64,000 bases of DNA from Pseudomonadota bacterium (GTDB lineage Bacteria > Pseudomonadota > Alphaproteobacteria > Rhodobacterales > Rhodobacteraceae): contig JBCDCE010000012.1 of assembly GCA_039182515.1 (NCBI GenBank), positions 47 through 64,046 of the forward strand. Direction: 5' to 3'. The notes beneath the pieces were generated by a model that saw nothing but the letters and a program-made list of their open reading frames with translations, had not been told where the DNA came from and did not search any database. Shown in pieces: positions 17,399 through 27,498 of this stretch. How positions within the stretch are numbered: the first letter of the stretch is position 1; every line of letters starts with the position of its first letter. A program made the position numbers and the translations under genes.

Positions 17399-17407
17399 TG
17401 TGGATAA
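17399..17407 (-). promoter_or_regulatory. Perfect DnaA box (TTATCCACA on the minus strand) upstream of nrdJ
   Basis: The plus strand reads tgtggataa. It sits in the divergent nrdJ / DUF1489 intergenic region. Confidence 0.45.
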
Positions 17408-17831
17408 GTCAATCAATCTCATCAAGCTCTGCGTTGGAGCGAAAACCGTGCAGGATTTGCTCGATTGGCAAGCCCAACCCCGCGCCCAAGGCCCAGATGG
17501 CCTGCCGCGCCACATCACCCGCATGTGGCCCAAACGCGAAGCTGAGATCTTGAACGGCGGATCGATCTATTGGGTTTTTAAGGGCGTTGTTCTGTGTCGC
17601 CAAAAGGTGCAGCGCTTTGACGAATATATAAGCGCCGATGGCATCCGTCGCTGCGCAATTGTCTTGGACAAAGAGGTGACCCGCGTCGCGGCGACCCCGC
17701 GCAGACCGTTCCAAGGCTGGCGCTATTTGCCATTTGCAGATGCGCCACCGGATTTGTCCGAGAACCGTCTAACAGAGACGCCCCTGCCCCCTGCACTCAA
17801 CGCAGCCTTGATGGAGATTGGAGTCGTTTAA
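17400..17831 (+). CDS. DUF1489-family conserved alphaproteobacterial protein
   Basis: An N-terminus ...INLIKLCVGAKTVQDLLDWQ... and a size of about 143 aa are typical of DUF1489 as I recall it. GTG start. Confidence 0.65.
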   Translation: MDKSINLIKLCVGAKTVQDLLDWQAQPRAQGPDGLPRHITRMWPKREAEILNGGSIYWVFKGVVLCRQKVQRFDEYISADGIRRCAIVLDKEVTRVAATPRRPFQGWRYLPFADAPPDLSENRLTETPLPPALNAALMEIGVV

Positions 17832-18037
17832 AGCACACTCCCGTTAATCTGCACCGTATCTTCTAAATGCGAAGACCTGCGCCTGACCGCGGGCGTCGGG
17901 CTGAAAGCCCCCGCCCATTGGGGGCGGTCGGGTGCTGGTCGGCTTCGCCTCTTGGTAAGAGTTGGTGAGCGGAGCGCTTCAGTTTTTTGGGACGGCGATC
18001 TAAACCTACGCAAGCGCAAAAAGTGTTTTACGACAAT

Positions 18038-18727
18038 TCAAAGCCCTAAGGTCTTTAGCAATTCTTTAAGATCACCGGCCTCTTGGTCCGTCATCTCGCT
18101 TTGGTTCGATTTAAAGAGACAGGCTTGCGACTGGTGAATGACAGCATCCTCAAGCACCCGCAGGTGATTGGCCCGCAGGGTCTCGCCGGTGGAGGTAATA
18201 TCGGCAATGGCCTCAGCCGTTTCTTGTTTGATCGTGCCTTCCGTGGCGCCTTGGCTGTCAACAAGCTGATAATTGGCAACTCCCTGGTCGCGCAGGTATT
18301 CGCGCACCAAACGGTGGTACTTTGTAGCGATGCGCAAACGGTGCCCGTGCCTGGCCCGAAAATCAGCCGAAACGGCATCGAGGTCCTCAATCCTCACCAC
18401 ATCTTCCCAGAAATCCGGAACCGCCAAAATGAGATCCGCGTGGCCAAACCCCATGTGCGCCAGCGCCTCGACGCGCGCTTGCCAATTGACGATTTTCTCC
18501 TGAACCAAATCTGAGCCAGTCACTCCAAGATGGATCCGGCCTGCAGCCAGTTCTCTCGGTATTTCTCCGGCAGATAAAAACACCAATTCGACGCCCTTGG
18601 CACCTGATACCGTACCCGCATATTCGCGGTCTCGGCCGGCGCGGCTCAATTGTACGCCGCGCTCCGCAAACCACTCGAAGGTTTTCTCCATGAGCCGCCC
18701 CTTAGACGGCACCCCCAACTTAATCAT
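18038..18727 (-). CDS. hisG: ATP phosphoribosyltransferase, short form
   Basis: 229 aa, MIKLGVPSKGRLMEKTFEWF...LVFLSAGEIP. Overlaps the hisZ stop by 8 nt. Confidence 0.9.
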   Translation of the reverse strand: MIKLGVPSKGRLMEKTFEWFAERGVQLSRAGRDREYAGTVSGAKGVELVFLSAGEIPRELAAGRIHLGVTGSDLVQEKIVNWQARVEALAHMGFGHADLILAVPDFWEDVVRIEDLDAVSADFRARHGHRLRIATKYHRLVREYLRDQGVANYQLVDSQGATEGTIKQETAEAIADITSTGETLRANHLRVLEDAVIHQSQACLFKSNQSEMTDQEAGDLKELLKTLGL

Positions 18728-19802
18728 GGCTCAAAGCCTCGCGTAGATCAGATGGGCGGACAACGCCGCCCACCGCTGGAATGTCTTGGCCACCCCCAAG
18801 AGCTGTTGTCAGCGCGTCATAGCGCCCACCTGTTGCGAGCGGTGCAGCAAACCGATCTGCGTTTTTGCCAAAAACGGAAAATACAAATCCGTCATAATAC
18901 TCCATTGAGTCTCTACCATGGCTCGCATCAAAAGCCAGGGCGCTGAGATCGATGCCCGCAGCTTCAAAGGCGTCTAGCCGAGCTCTAAAACGGTCCAAGG
19001 CTTGGTCCAGCCCAGGCATCTTGGCGCCAAGCGCACGCAGGTCTTTGAGCGCAGCATGAGGCCGGCCTGAGATTTTCAAAAGATCTTCAAATCGCTGGGC
19101 CGTTTCAGGTGGCAAACTTGGCGTATCGCGATCTTCTAGAAGTCTTTTCCGGCGCGCTTCAATTTCTGACAATTGTCTCTTGCCAATTTGCTCCGCCTCA
19201 CTTGGCTGCCAGTCCGGCGACAAGAGCGCGGCATGTGACGCCGACATATTGCTGTCTCCACAAAAACGGGCAAGTAGGGTCTCAAAACGCTTCGGTCGCC
19301 AAAGGTGTCGCGAAAGCGCATTCTTTCGAGCGTCAGACGTCGGCAAAGCCTGAACAGCGGACATCAAGACCCCAAGATCTCCAATCACGACAGCGCCTGC
19401 CGCAGGGCCGAGGGCGTCTATGATCGCGGCCAAAACCTCAGCATCAGCCGCAGCACGATCTGTATCAAACACTTCATAGCCTGCTTGCAGGTATTCATGT
19501 GCTCTGGTTTCATCCATTTCCTGTCGGCGAAAAACAGGGCCAACGTAGGTGTAGCGCGCGGGCATAGCCGAGGCCTGCATATGCATCTGAACTACGGGCA
19601 CCGTAAAATCGGGCCGCAGCATTTGCTCGCCGCGCAATGGATCTGCGGTGGTGTAGGCGCGCGCTCGAATGTCTTCGCCGTAAAGATCCAAAAGCGTATC
19701 CGCAGGCTGCAAAATCGCCGCCTCAACACGCGCAGCGCCGCGCGCTTGAAAGCCCGCCACGAGGTTTTGAGCCAAGCTGAGATCCTCAGATGTGATGCTC
19801 AT
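18720..19802 (-). CDS. hisZ: ATP phosphoribosyltransferase regulatory subunit (HisRS paralogue)
   Basis: 360 aa, class II aaRS-like core without an anticodon-binding domain. Located between hisS and hisG. Confidence 0.85.
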   Translation of the reverse strand: MSITSEDLSLAQNLVAGFQARGAARVEAAILQPADTLLDLYGEDIRARAYTTADPLRGEQMLRPDFTVPVVQMHMQASAMPARYTYVGPVFRRQEMDETRAHEYLQAGYEVFDTDRAAADAEVLAAIIDALGPAAGAVVIGDLGVLMSAVQALPTSDARKNALSRHLWRPKRFETLLARFCGDSNMSASHAALLSPDWQPSEAEQIGKRQLSEIEARRKRLLEDRDTPSLPPETAQRFEDLLKISGRPHAALKDLRALGAKMPGLDQALDRFRARLDAFEAAGIDLSALAFDASHGRDSMEYYDGFVFSVFGKNADRFAAPLATGGRYDALTTALGGGQDIPAVGGVVRPSDLREALSHD

Positions 19803-19808
19803 CTTGGC

Positions 19809-21305
19809 TCACTCTGACGCGTAGCGCGCGAGGATTTCGCGCACTTTCGCCACCAGTTCGCCGCGTGGCACTTCCATCTGTTGGGGACGGTCGCGCCATT
19901 CCTCTAAGCTGGCGTCTTGTGCGATTTTTGCGCCTAAAATTAGGTCTTTAAGCTGAATGACACCTCGTTCCGCCTCATCGCTGCCTTGGATAACCGCCAC
20001 GGGAGATTGGCGCTTGTCTGCGTATTTGAGCTGGTTGCCGAAGTTTTTGGGGTTGCCCAGATAGACCTCCGCGCGCAGCCCCGCATTGCGCAGATCCGCC
20101 ACCATGGCTTGATAGTCGGACATCCGATCTCGGTCCATAACCGTTACAACCACCGGGCCAACAGTGCTTGTTTCCAAACGTCCTTTGGCGTCGAGCGCTG
20201 CGAGCAGGCGATCCACCCCAATGGAGACTCCAGTTGCCGGGACTTCTTGGCCTGTGAAGCGCTTGACCAGATCGTCATAGCGCCCGCCGCCCGCCACAGA
20301 GCCAAATTGGCGCGGGCGGCCTTTCTCGTCCATAATCTCAAAAGTCAGCTCGGCCTCGAAAACCGGCCCTGTGTAGTAGCCCAAACCGCGCACAACGGCC
20401 GGATCCAAAATCACGCGATCCGCGCCAAAACCAGCCGCGTCCATCAAGGTCGCGATCTCGTCCAGCTCCGCCACACCTTTCGCGCCCGTCTGCGATCCGG
20501 ACACAAGCTCGGAAAGGTTGGCCAGGGTTTGCGCGCCCGACGTTCCGCGCGCCTCCATAAAGGCCAACACGGGTGCCGCTTGCGCCTCGGATAGACCCGC
20601 ACCTTTGGTATAATCGCCGCTGGCATCCTCGCGACCAGCACCAAGCAGCGCTTTCACGCCCTCAGTGCCCAAGCGGTCCACCTTATCAATGGCACGCAAA
20701 ACGATACCACGCTCAGCCGTGAACTTTGCGGGATCAGACGGGTCGAGAATGCCCGCCACTTCCATCACGCCATTGAGAACTTTGCGGTTGTTGATGCGCA
20801 CGACATAGTCGCCGCGCGCGATACCCACGTGCTCAAGCGCGTCGCAAAGCATGCCGCAAATCTCCGCGTCAGCCGCCATTGAAGCTGTGCCGACTGTATC
20901 TGCATCGCATTGATAAAACTGACGAAACCGGCCTGGGCCCGGCTTCTCATTGCGCCACACAGGACCCATCGCATAGCGGCGGTAGGGGTTTGGCAGATCA
21001 TTGCGGTGCTGGGCGTAAACACGCGCCAAGGGCGCTGTGAGATCATAGCGCAGAGCCAGCCAATCGCTGTCTTCTTCCCAGGCAAACACACCCTCATTCG
21101 GGCGGTCCACATCTGGCAAGAACTTACCCAGCGCCTCAACCGTTTCCACAGCCGCACTTTCCAAGGCTTCAAAACCCGCGCGACCGTACACCTGCGCAAT
21201 TTTGCTCAGCATTTCGGTACGATGCGTGACATCGGTACCGAAATAGTCGCGGAAGCCTTTCGGCGGCAGCGCTTTGGGCTTTGGGGCTTTTTTGATCTTG
21301 GCCAT
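19809..21305 (-). CDS. hisS: Histidine--tRNA ligase
   Basis: 498 aa with class II aaRS motifs (..[11 protein letters not shown].., ..GGGRYD..). Confidence 0.9.
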   Translation of the reverse strand: MAKIKKAPKPKALPPKGFRDYFGTDVTHRTEMLSKIAQVYGRAGFEALESAAVETVEALGKFLPDVDRPNEGVFAWEEDSDWLALRYDLTAPLARVYAQHRNDLPNPYRRYAMGPVWRNEKPGPGRFRQFYQCDADTVGTASMAADAEICGMLCDALEHVGIARGDYVVRINNRKVLNGVMEVAGILDPSDPAKFTAERGIVLRAIDKVDRLGTEGVKALLGAGREDASGDYTKGAGLSEAQAAPVLAFMEARGTSGAQTLANLSELVSGSQTGAKGVAELDEIATLMDAAGFGADRVILDPAVVRGLGYYTGPVFEAELTFEIMDEKGRPRQFGSVAGGGRYDDLVKRFTGQEVPATGVSIGVDRLLAALDAKGRLETSTVGPVVVTVMDRDRMSDYQAMVADLRNAGLRAEVYLGNPKNFGNQLKYADKRQSPVAVIQGSDEAERGVIQLKDLILGAKIAQDASLEEWRDRPQQMEVPRGELVAKVREILARYASE

Positions 21306-21431
21306 GGCAGGCGCTCTCTTTTTGAGGTCGGGGGCTCTCTAGCCCGGCCAAACCGATTGGGCAACCGCGGGTGGGTGTTTTGCTTTGCTAGAAATGACGC
21401 TAGACCGCATCAGATCGCTTAAGGAGGCCAC

Positions 21432-21632
21432 ATGGCACAGTCTAATCACGCCCTCGAAGAAACCCTCGCGCATATGGTAAAAACCGTTGAGGAGCTTTCA
21501 GATGTTGTGGCATGGCAAGACAAAGAGATTACCCTGCTGCGCGCGCAGATGGATGCTTTGCTCGATTTGGCAAAAGACGGGCTTGAGGACGGCGGCAGCG
21601 TTGTGATCGGTGAGCGTCCGCCTCACTACTAA
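21432..21632 (+). CDS. slyX: SlyX-family protein
   Basis: 66-aa coiled-coil protein ending in ERPPHY. Confidence 0.8.
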   Translation: MAQSNHALEETLAHMVKTVEELSDVVAWQDKEITLLRAQMDALLDLAKDGLEDGGSVVIGERPPHY

Positions 21633-21638
21633 GCGCCT

Positions 21639-22397
21639 TTAGTAACTCTTTTGCTCTTGGGCCACGAAGCGCCCGTCGTGCAGCAGCACATCCGTCCAAC
21701 GAGGCGCGCCGGCGAAGCTGTCATATACGCTCAAAAACACTGTTTGATTTTTGAACCTCTTGGCTTTGCGCCCTCCGCACCTTTCGCCTGATGCAGCTCC
21801 GCAAGCTTTGGCCTTGATACTCTCGTAGGCCGCCGCCGTGCCCTTGAGGGTCTTCGGCATTTTACTTTGATAGGCCATCACTTCGTAGACATCCGGAGAT
21901 CCAAACGTGGCCATAGCGCCTGAGACCTGAAGCGCGCACCCGTCCTTAAAGCCCGTCACGTAATGCACCCTCAAGCCCGTCGATTTTGGATTTGCATCAT
22001 AGAGGCGATAGCGAGAGCTTTTTTCGGGAAAGCGCGCCACTTCCTCTCCAAGATCACTCCGCTTTACATCGCAAACCCGCATGAGTTTTCCATAAGGGGG
22101 GGCGGTATCTGTCGTTCCCGTTGTGATCTCAGACTTATTTCGGCGTGCAAAGCTGATGCCTGCCAGAATGGCTTTTGCTGCACCGCCAATGGCGAGTGTG
22201 GGTTTTTGAGGTGTTTCAAGTGAGGCTGGCTGAGCCGCGACCACGGAGGAGCGCAGCTTTGGGCGCAGTGTGTCGGTCGAAAGAGCGATTTGCGGGACGT
22301 TCTTTGACGCAAAAGCTGCCGTATCCTTTGGCGCTTCGCTTTTCAAACAGCCAGCCAAAACCAGGCCCGCCAACAGGCCAGTCAATCCGCGTTTCAT
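21639..22397 (-). CDS. Hypothetical lipoprotein
   Basis: Trimmed to the ATG at 22397. Signal peptide and lipobox MKRGLTGLLAGLVLAGC. No recognisable family. Confidence 0.6.
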   Translation of the reverse strand: MKRGLTGLLAGLVLAGCLKSEAPKDTAAFASKNVPQIALSTDTLRPKLRSSVVAAQPASLETPQKPTLAIGGAAKAILAGISFARRNKSEITTGTTDTAPPYGKLMRVCDVKRSDLGEEVARFPEKSSRYRLYDANPKSTGLRVHYVTGFKDGCALQVSGAMATFGSPDVYEVMAYQSKMPKTLKGTAAAYESIKAKACGAASGERCGGRKAKRFKNQTVFLSVYDSFAGAPRWTDVLLHDGRFVAQEQKSY

Positions 22398-22450
22398 TTG
22401 ATGTCCCCGACTCGTGTGTCTCTCAACCCGAACACAATCTTGCCACAATC

Positions 22451-22459
22451 TGTGGATAA
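22451..22459 (-). promoter_or_regulatory. Perfect DnaA box (TTATCCACA) next to a 34-bp very AT-rich tract between the dnaE stop and the lipoprotein gene
   Basis: The plus strand reads cACAATCTtgcCACAATCTgtggataac ttcaattaaatcaatgatataactatatgttgattatata. The box overlaps the palindrome CCACAgatTGTGG and a direct repeat CACAATCT x2. Confidence 0.4.
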
Positions 22460-22493
22460 CTTCAATTAAATCAATGATATAACTATATGTTGA

Positions 22494-25400
22494 TTATATA
22501 TCTTCGACCATCACAACACCTGGCAGGGATTTAATCGCGCCTTTGATCTGCGGTGTGACTGGGAAGTCGTCCGGCAGCGCCATTTCAACCTCACCCGGCA
22601 GGCTTTCTCCCAAGAGTGTGAGTTTAACCGGGCCGTTGCGCGCCTTGCTGACCGCGTTGCGGGCGTCTTGCAAAACTTGCGCAATGGCTTGGATGGCTTG
22701 CGTTTCTTCCACAAACACGTTGAGGCCCGCCCCCCCAACATCCGCGACCTCTGCATCAAGCGGCTGGACCCCGCGTCCCAGGAGTTTGAGCTGCTCAGCC
22801 TCCATCGTCGCTTCAACGCTGATCACGACCTTGGACCCTGTTTCCAAATGATCCCTGGCGGCCTCCAAAGTGTCGGAGAATACCGTGACCTCGTAAGCGC
22901 CCGTGGGATCTGACATTTGCACAAAAGCAAACCTGTTGCCGCGCGCAGATTTTCGCTCTTGGCGCCCAGATACGCGCCCGGCCATCTTTGCAATGAGAGG
23001 CCCAGAGCGGGCTTTTTCAGTGATGGCATCGAGCGTGAGGATGTTTTTGCGTTTGAGCGCAGTGGCATAATCTTCCAAGGGGTGACCTGACAAATAAAAG
23101 CCAATGGCCAAAGCTTCTTCGTCAAGGCGCTCCGCCGGAAGCCAATCTTGCACGGGGCTGAGCCGTGGTTCGGGTAGATCGTCCCCGGCTTCTCCAAAGA
23201 GCGACACTTGATTGGAATTGCGCTGTTCATGAATGGCCGACGAATAACTCACCAGTGCGTCGAGACTGTCGAATACACGGCGTCGATTTGGATCTAGCAC
23301 ATCGAAGGCTCCAGCCCGTGCAAGCATCTCCATAGGTCGTTTTCCCACACGTTTTAGGTCCACACGGCGCGCAAAATCAAATAACGTAATAAATGGAGAG
23401 TCCCCACGCGCATCTTCTATTAGGCGCATCGCCTCGACGCCAACGTTCTTGAGAGCGCCTAAGGCATAAACGAGCGCCCCCTCTGAGTTAACCGTGAACG
23501 TCGCGTTCGACCGGTTCACACAAGGGGGTGTGTAGGGCAATTTAAGGTGTTTTTTGACCTCTTCGAAATAGATCGCAAGTTTCTCTGTCAGGTGCAAATC
23601 GCAGTTCATCACACCGGCCATGAACTCCACCGGGTAGTTCGCTTTCAGCCAAGCGGTCTGGTAGCTCACGACCGCGTAGGCTGCCGCGTGGGATTTGTTA
23701 AATCCGTAGTTAGCGAATTTATCGAGGAGGTTCCAAACTTCCGTGGCCTTTTTCTCATCCACGCCGTTTTCAGCGGCACCCTTGAGGAACTTTGGGCGTT
23801 CGGCATCCATCGCTTCTTGGATTTTTTTGCCCATGGCGCGGCGTAAAAGATCCGCGCCGCCCAACGAATACCCAGCCATCTCCTGGGCGATTTGCATCAC
23901 CTGTTCTTGGTAAACAATGATCCCTTGGGTCTCATCGAGAATATGGTCGATGGAGGGGTGAAGTCGTTCGCGCTCCGCTCGGTCGTTTTTTACATCGCAA
24001 TACTGAGGAATATTCTCCATCGGACCAGGCCGATAAAGCGCCACAAGCGCCACGATATCCTCGATGCAAGTTGGCTTCATGCGTTTGAGGGCATCCATCA
24101 TGCCCGAACTTTCCACCTGGAACACAGCAACGGTCTTCGCTGAGGCGTAAAGATCGTAGGTCGCCTGATCCTCAAGATCGATGGCGCCAATATCTATGTC
24201 TACGCCCCGCTCTTTCAGCAAATCGAGCGCATTTTGAATGACTGTGAGCGTTTTTAGCCCTAAAAAGTCAAATTTAACGAGACCGGCTTGTTCGACCCAT
24301 TTCATGTTGAACTGGGTGGCGGGCATATCTGAGCGCGGGTCTTGATAAAGCGGGACAAGCGCATCAAGCGGCCTGTCGCCAATCACCACACCTGCCGCGT
24401 GGGTTGAGGCATTGCGCAACAAACCCTCGACCTGTTGGCCGTAGGTCAGCAGCCTATCGACGACTTCTTCGTCTTTGGCCGCTTCACGCAGACGTGGCTC
24501 ATCGGCCAGAGCTTTTTCGATGCTCACGGGTTTGACGCCCTCGACGGGGATCAATTTCGACAGTCGATCCACTTGGCCATAAGGCATCTGCAACACGCGC
24601 CCAACATCGCGAACGGCAGCTTTGGAAAGAAGTGCGCCGAAGGTGATGATCTGGCCGACCTTGTCACGCCCGTATTTCTCTTGAACGTAGCGGATCACTT
24701 CTTCGCGGCGGTCCATACAGAAGTCGATATCAAAATCCGGCATAGAAACGCGCTCAGGATTAAGAAAACGCTCAAATAGGAGGGAGTAACGCAGCGGATC
24801 GAGATCCGTAATTGTGAGCGCATAAGCCACCAACGATCCCGCACCAGATCCGCGACCAGGGCCAACAGGAATGTTCTCGTCTTTGGCCCATTTGATGAAG
24901 TCAGCGACGATCAAGAAGTAGCCTGGGAAGCCCATGCCTTCGATAATATCGAGCTCAAATTCAAGCCGCGCTTCATAGGCTTCGACCGTGTCCGCATGGG
25001 GGATCACATCAAGGCGGGCTTTGAGCCCTTCGCGCGACTGGCGGCGCAACTCCTCCACCTCGTCTTCTGCAAACTTGGGCAAAATCGGATCGCGCTTGTA
25101 AGATTTAAACGCGCAGCGCTGCGCGACCTCAATCGTGTTTTCAATGGCTTCGGGAAGATCTGCAAAGAGCGTGATCATTTCTTCAGGGGTCTTAAAGCTG
25201 TGCTGAGCCGTAAGCCTGCGGCGCGCTTCTTGCTGATCCACATAAGCCCCTTCGGCGATGCAAATGAGCGCATCATGGGCTTCATACATTTTAGGATCTG
25301 GGAAATAGACATCGTTTGTAGCCACGAGCGGCAAATCGTTGTCGTAGGCCATGGCGATAAACTGCGGCTCGGTTTGCGCCTCCGAAGGCGGCAGCCCGTT

Positions 25401-25943
25401 TTCCATGGGATGGCGTTGCAACTCGATGTAGAGCCGATCCGGAAAAATCTCTGTTAAATCGCGCAAGAGCGCGGTGGCTTTGGCGGATTGCCCGTCGATG
25501 ATCATTTGACCCAAAGGGCCTGTGGCACCGCCCGTCAAGCAGATCACATCCTCCTTGTGCTTTGCCAGATCTGATAGCCCCACTTGTGGCACTTGATCGG
25601 GATCGCTGAGGTACAAGACAGAATTGAGCTTAAGAAGGTTCTCATACCCCCGCTCGGTTTGCGCCAAGAGCACAATGGGGGCTGGCGGTTTGGGCTTATG
25701 CCCCGGCTCTGCCGGATAAACCGTCATGTCGATCTGACAGCCCATGATGGGTTGCACACCCGCTTTGGCGGCACCCTCTGAGAATTCCAGAGCGCAAAAC
25801 ATGTTGTTGGTGTCGGTCACAGCCACAGCTGGCATCCCGGCATTTGCAACAAGCCCCGGAAGGGATTTTACGCGCATCGCGCCTTCCAAAAGGGAGTATT
25901 CCGTGTGAAGCCTGAGGTGGACGAATTTTGCTGTGGTGCTCAT
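22494..25943 (-). CDS. dnaE: DNA polymerase III alpha subunit
   Basis: Trimmed to the ATG at 25943 (MSTTAKFVHLRLHTEYSLLEGA, PHP domain). About 1149 aa. Confidence 0.95.
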   Translation of the reverse strand: MSTTAKFVHLRLHTEYSLLEGAMRVKSLPGLVANAGMPAVAVTDTNNMFCALEFSEGAAKAGVQPIMGCQIDMTVYPAEPGHKPKPPAPIVLLAQTERGYENLLKLNSVLYLSDPDQVPQVGLSDLAKHKEDVICLTGGATGPLGQMIIDGQSAKATALLRDLTEIFPDRLYIELQRHPMENGLPPSEAQTEPQFIAMAYDNDLPLVATNDVYFPDPKMYEAHDALICIAEGAYVDQQEARRRLTAQHSFKTPEEMITLFADLPEAIENTIEVAQRCAFKSYKRDPILPKFAEDEVEELRRQSREGLKARLDVIPHADTVEAYEARLEFELDIIEGMGFPGYFLIVADFIKWAKDENIPVGPGRGSGAGSLVAYALTITDLDPLRYSLLFERFLNPERVSMPDFDIDFCMDRREEVIRYVQEKYGRDKVGQIITFGALLSKAAVRDVGRVLQMPYGQVDRLSKLIPVEGVKPVSIEKALADEPRLREAAKDEEVVDRLLTYGQQVEGLLRNASTHAAGVVIGDRPLDALVPLYQDPRSDMPATQFNMKWVEQAGLVKFDFLGLKTLTVIQNALDLLKERGVDIDIGAIDLEDQATYDLYASAKTVAVFQVESSGMMDALKRMKPTCIEDIVALVALYRPGPMENIPQYCDVKNDRAERERLHPSIDHILDETQGIIVYQEQVMQIAQEMAGYSLGGADLLRRAMGKKIQEAMDAERPKFLKGAAENGVDEKKATEVWNLLDKFANYGFNKSHAAAYAVVSYQTAWLKANYPVEFMAGVMNCDLHLTEKLAIYFEEVKKHLKLPYTPPCVNRSNATFTVNSEGALVYALGALKNVGVEAMRLIEDARGDSPFITLFDFARRVDLKRVGKRPMEMLARAGAFDVLDPNRRRVFDSLDALVSYSSAIHEQRNSNQVSLFGEAGDDLPEPRLSPVQDWLPAERLDEEALAIGFYLSGHPLEDYATALKRKNILTLDAITEKARSGPLIAKMAGRVSGRQERKSARGNRFAFVQMSDPTGAYEVTVFSDTLEAARDHLETGSKVVISVEATMEAEQLKLLGRGVQPLDAEVADVGGAGLNVFVEETQAIQAIAQVLQDARNAVSKARNGPVKLTLLGESLPGEVEMALPDDFPVTPQIKGAIKSLPGVVMVEDI

Positions 25944-26145
25944 GAGCCTCTGTTTGCAGTCTCTCGTCAGAAAAGGCCAGCCGCCAAAATATTGAGCACA
26001 TGCCTTTGCGAGGTGCACGAACGCCGACAACGGCTCTTGCCAATTGGGCAGCCTCGGGCTTTGATTGTCCGATAATGATCAACTTTCTACGCCGCATCGA
26101 GGGTTGATCAAAACTTCAAATCGGTAAAGCGGTGGGCAAAATTCA

Positions 26146-27498
26146 ATGAAAGTGCGGTTTCTTCTCAACGGAGACCCTCAAAACGTGCACGTGGAGCCCA
26201 CCACGACGCTGCTCGATTGGCTGCGCGAGAGCCGCAGCCTCACCGCCACAAAAGAAGGCTGCAACGAGGGCGATTGCGGAGCCTGTTCTGTCATTGTGAC
26301 CGACGAGACAGGCGCGAAATGCTTAAACGCATGCATCCTTTTTCTGCCGCAGCTTGAGGGCAAAGCTGTGCGGACGGTCGAAGGGATAAGTGGGCCGGAG
26401 GGCGATTTGCATCCTGTGCAAAAAGCGATGATAGCACATCACGGGACGCAATGCGGATTTTGCACACCGGGTTTCGTGTCCGCTATGGCCGCGGCACACC
26501 TGAATGGACGCAAAGACTTTGATATAGCCCTGGCTGGCAATCTTTGCCGTTGCACAGGCTATGCCCCAATTGCGCGGGCTGCTGAAGCTGCAGCGGTCGA
26601 GCCAGTGCCTGCTTGGATGAGTGAAAACATCTCGTCGCAGGAACCGGGCGAGCCGCTTAGTCTTGCAGATTTGGCGGAGTGGCGCAGTCAGAATCCCAAT
26701 GGCACCATGATTGCTGGGGCCACAGACGTTGGCCTTTGGGTCACAAAAGAGTTCCGCAACCTAGGCGAGGTCTTTTTTCTCAATCGTGTGCCTGAGCTTG
26801 CCGAGATCACCGAGACTGACACGGAAATCCGCATCGGAGCGATGGTGAGCGTGGCGCGCGCCGAGAAACATCTGCGCGCTGCTTTTCCGAGCTTTGCGGA
26901 TCTCTTGATCCGATACGGATCCGATCAAGTGCGTCAGGCCGCAACTTTGGGTGGCAATATTGCGAACGGATCCCCGATTGGCGATGGCTCGCCAGCGCTC
27001 ATCGCCATGCGTTCCGTTTTGCATTTGCGCAGTGCAGATGGCCCCCGCAGCCTTCCCTTAGAAGACTTCTTTATCGACTACGGCGTGCAAGATTTGCGCG
27101 CCGGTGAGTTTGTGGAGGCGATCAGTATCCCCAAACCGAGTCCAGCGCGCACGCTCTATTGCTACAAGATTTCCAAACGCTTCGATCAAGATATCTCTTC
27201 GGTCTGCGGCTGCATCAGCTTCTTGCGAGAGGACGGGGTGCTGCGCGAGCCTCGTGTTGCCTATGGCGGAATGGCGGGAACGCCCAAGCGCGCAAAGCAT
27301 GCCGAAGCCGCAATGGAGGGGCGGGCGCTATCCGACGCCTGCAAGGCAGGCGCAGAAGCGCTTGCTGCCGACTTCACCCCGTTGACCGATATGCGCGCCT
27401 CAGCTGTTTACCGAATGGCCGTCGCACAATCGCTCTTTGAGCGCATCGCTTTGGCGGAGGCTGGAGAAGCGGTAGATGTCGGCGAAGTCACCGCATGA
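26146..27498 (+). CDS. xdhA: Xanthine dehydrogenase small subunit (2Fe-2S plus FAD-binding)
   Basis: CNEGDCGACSV and CRCTGY iron-sulfur motifs, followed by an FAD-binding domain. Confidence 0.9.
   Translation: MKVRFLLNGDPQNVHVEPTTTLLDWLRESRSLTATKEGCNEGDCGACSVIVTDETGAKCLNACILFLPQLEGKAVRTVEGISGPEGDLHPVQKAMIAHHGTQCGFCTPGFVSAMAAAHLNGRKDFDIALAGNLCRCTGYAPIARAAEAAAVEPVPAWMSENISSQEPGEPLSLADLAEWRSQNPNGTMIAGATDVGLWVTKEFRNLGEVFFLNRVPELAEITETDTEIRIGAMVSVARAEKHLRAAFPSFADLLIRYGSDQVRQAATLGGNIANGSPIGDGSPALIAMRSVLHLRSADGPRSLPLEDFFIDYGVQDLRAGEFVEAISIPKPSPARTLYCYKISKRFDQDISSVCGCISFLREDGVLREPRVAYGGMAGTPKRAKHAEAAMEGRALSDACKAGAEALAADFTPLTDMRASAVYRMAVAQSLFERIALAEAGEAVDVGEVTA

Noticed and set aside
22451-22493. Chromosomal origin (oriC) at the DnaA box / AT-rich tract
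   Set aside because: There is only a single DnaA box and a very short AT tract, with no box cluster. It is kept as a low-interest finding, not called as an origin.
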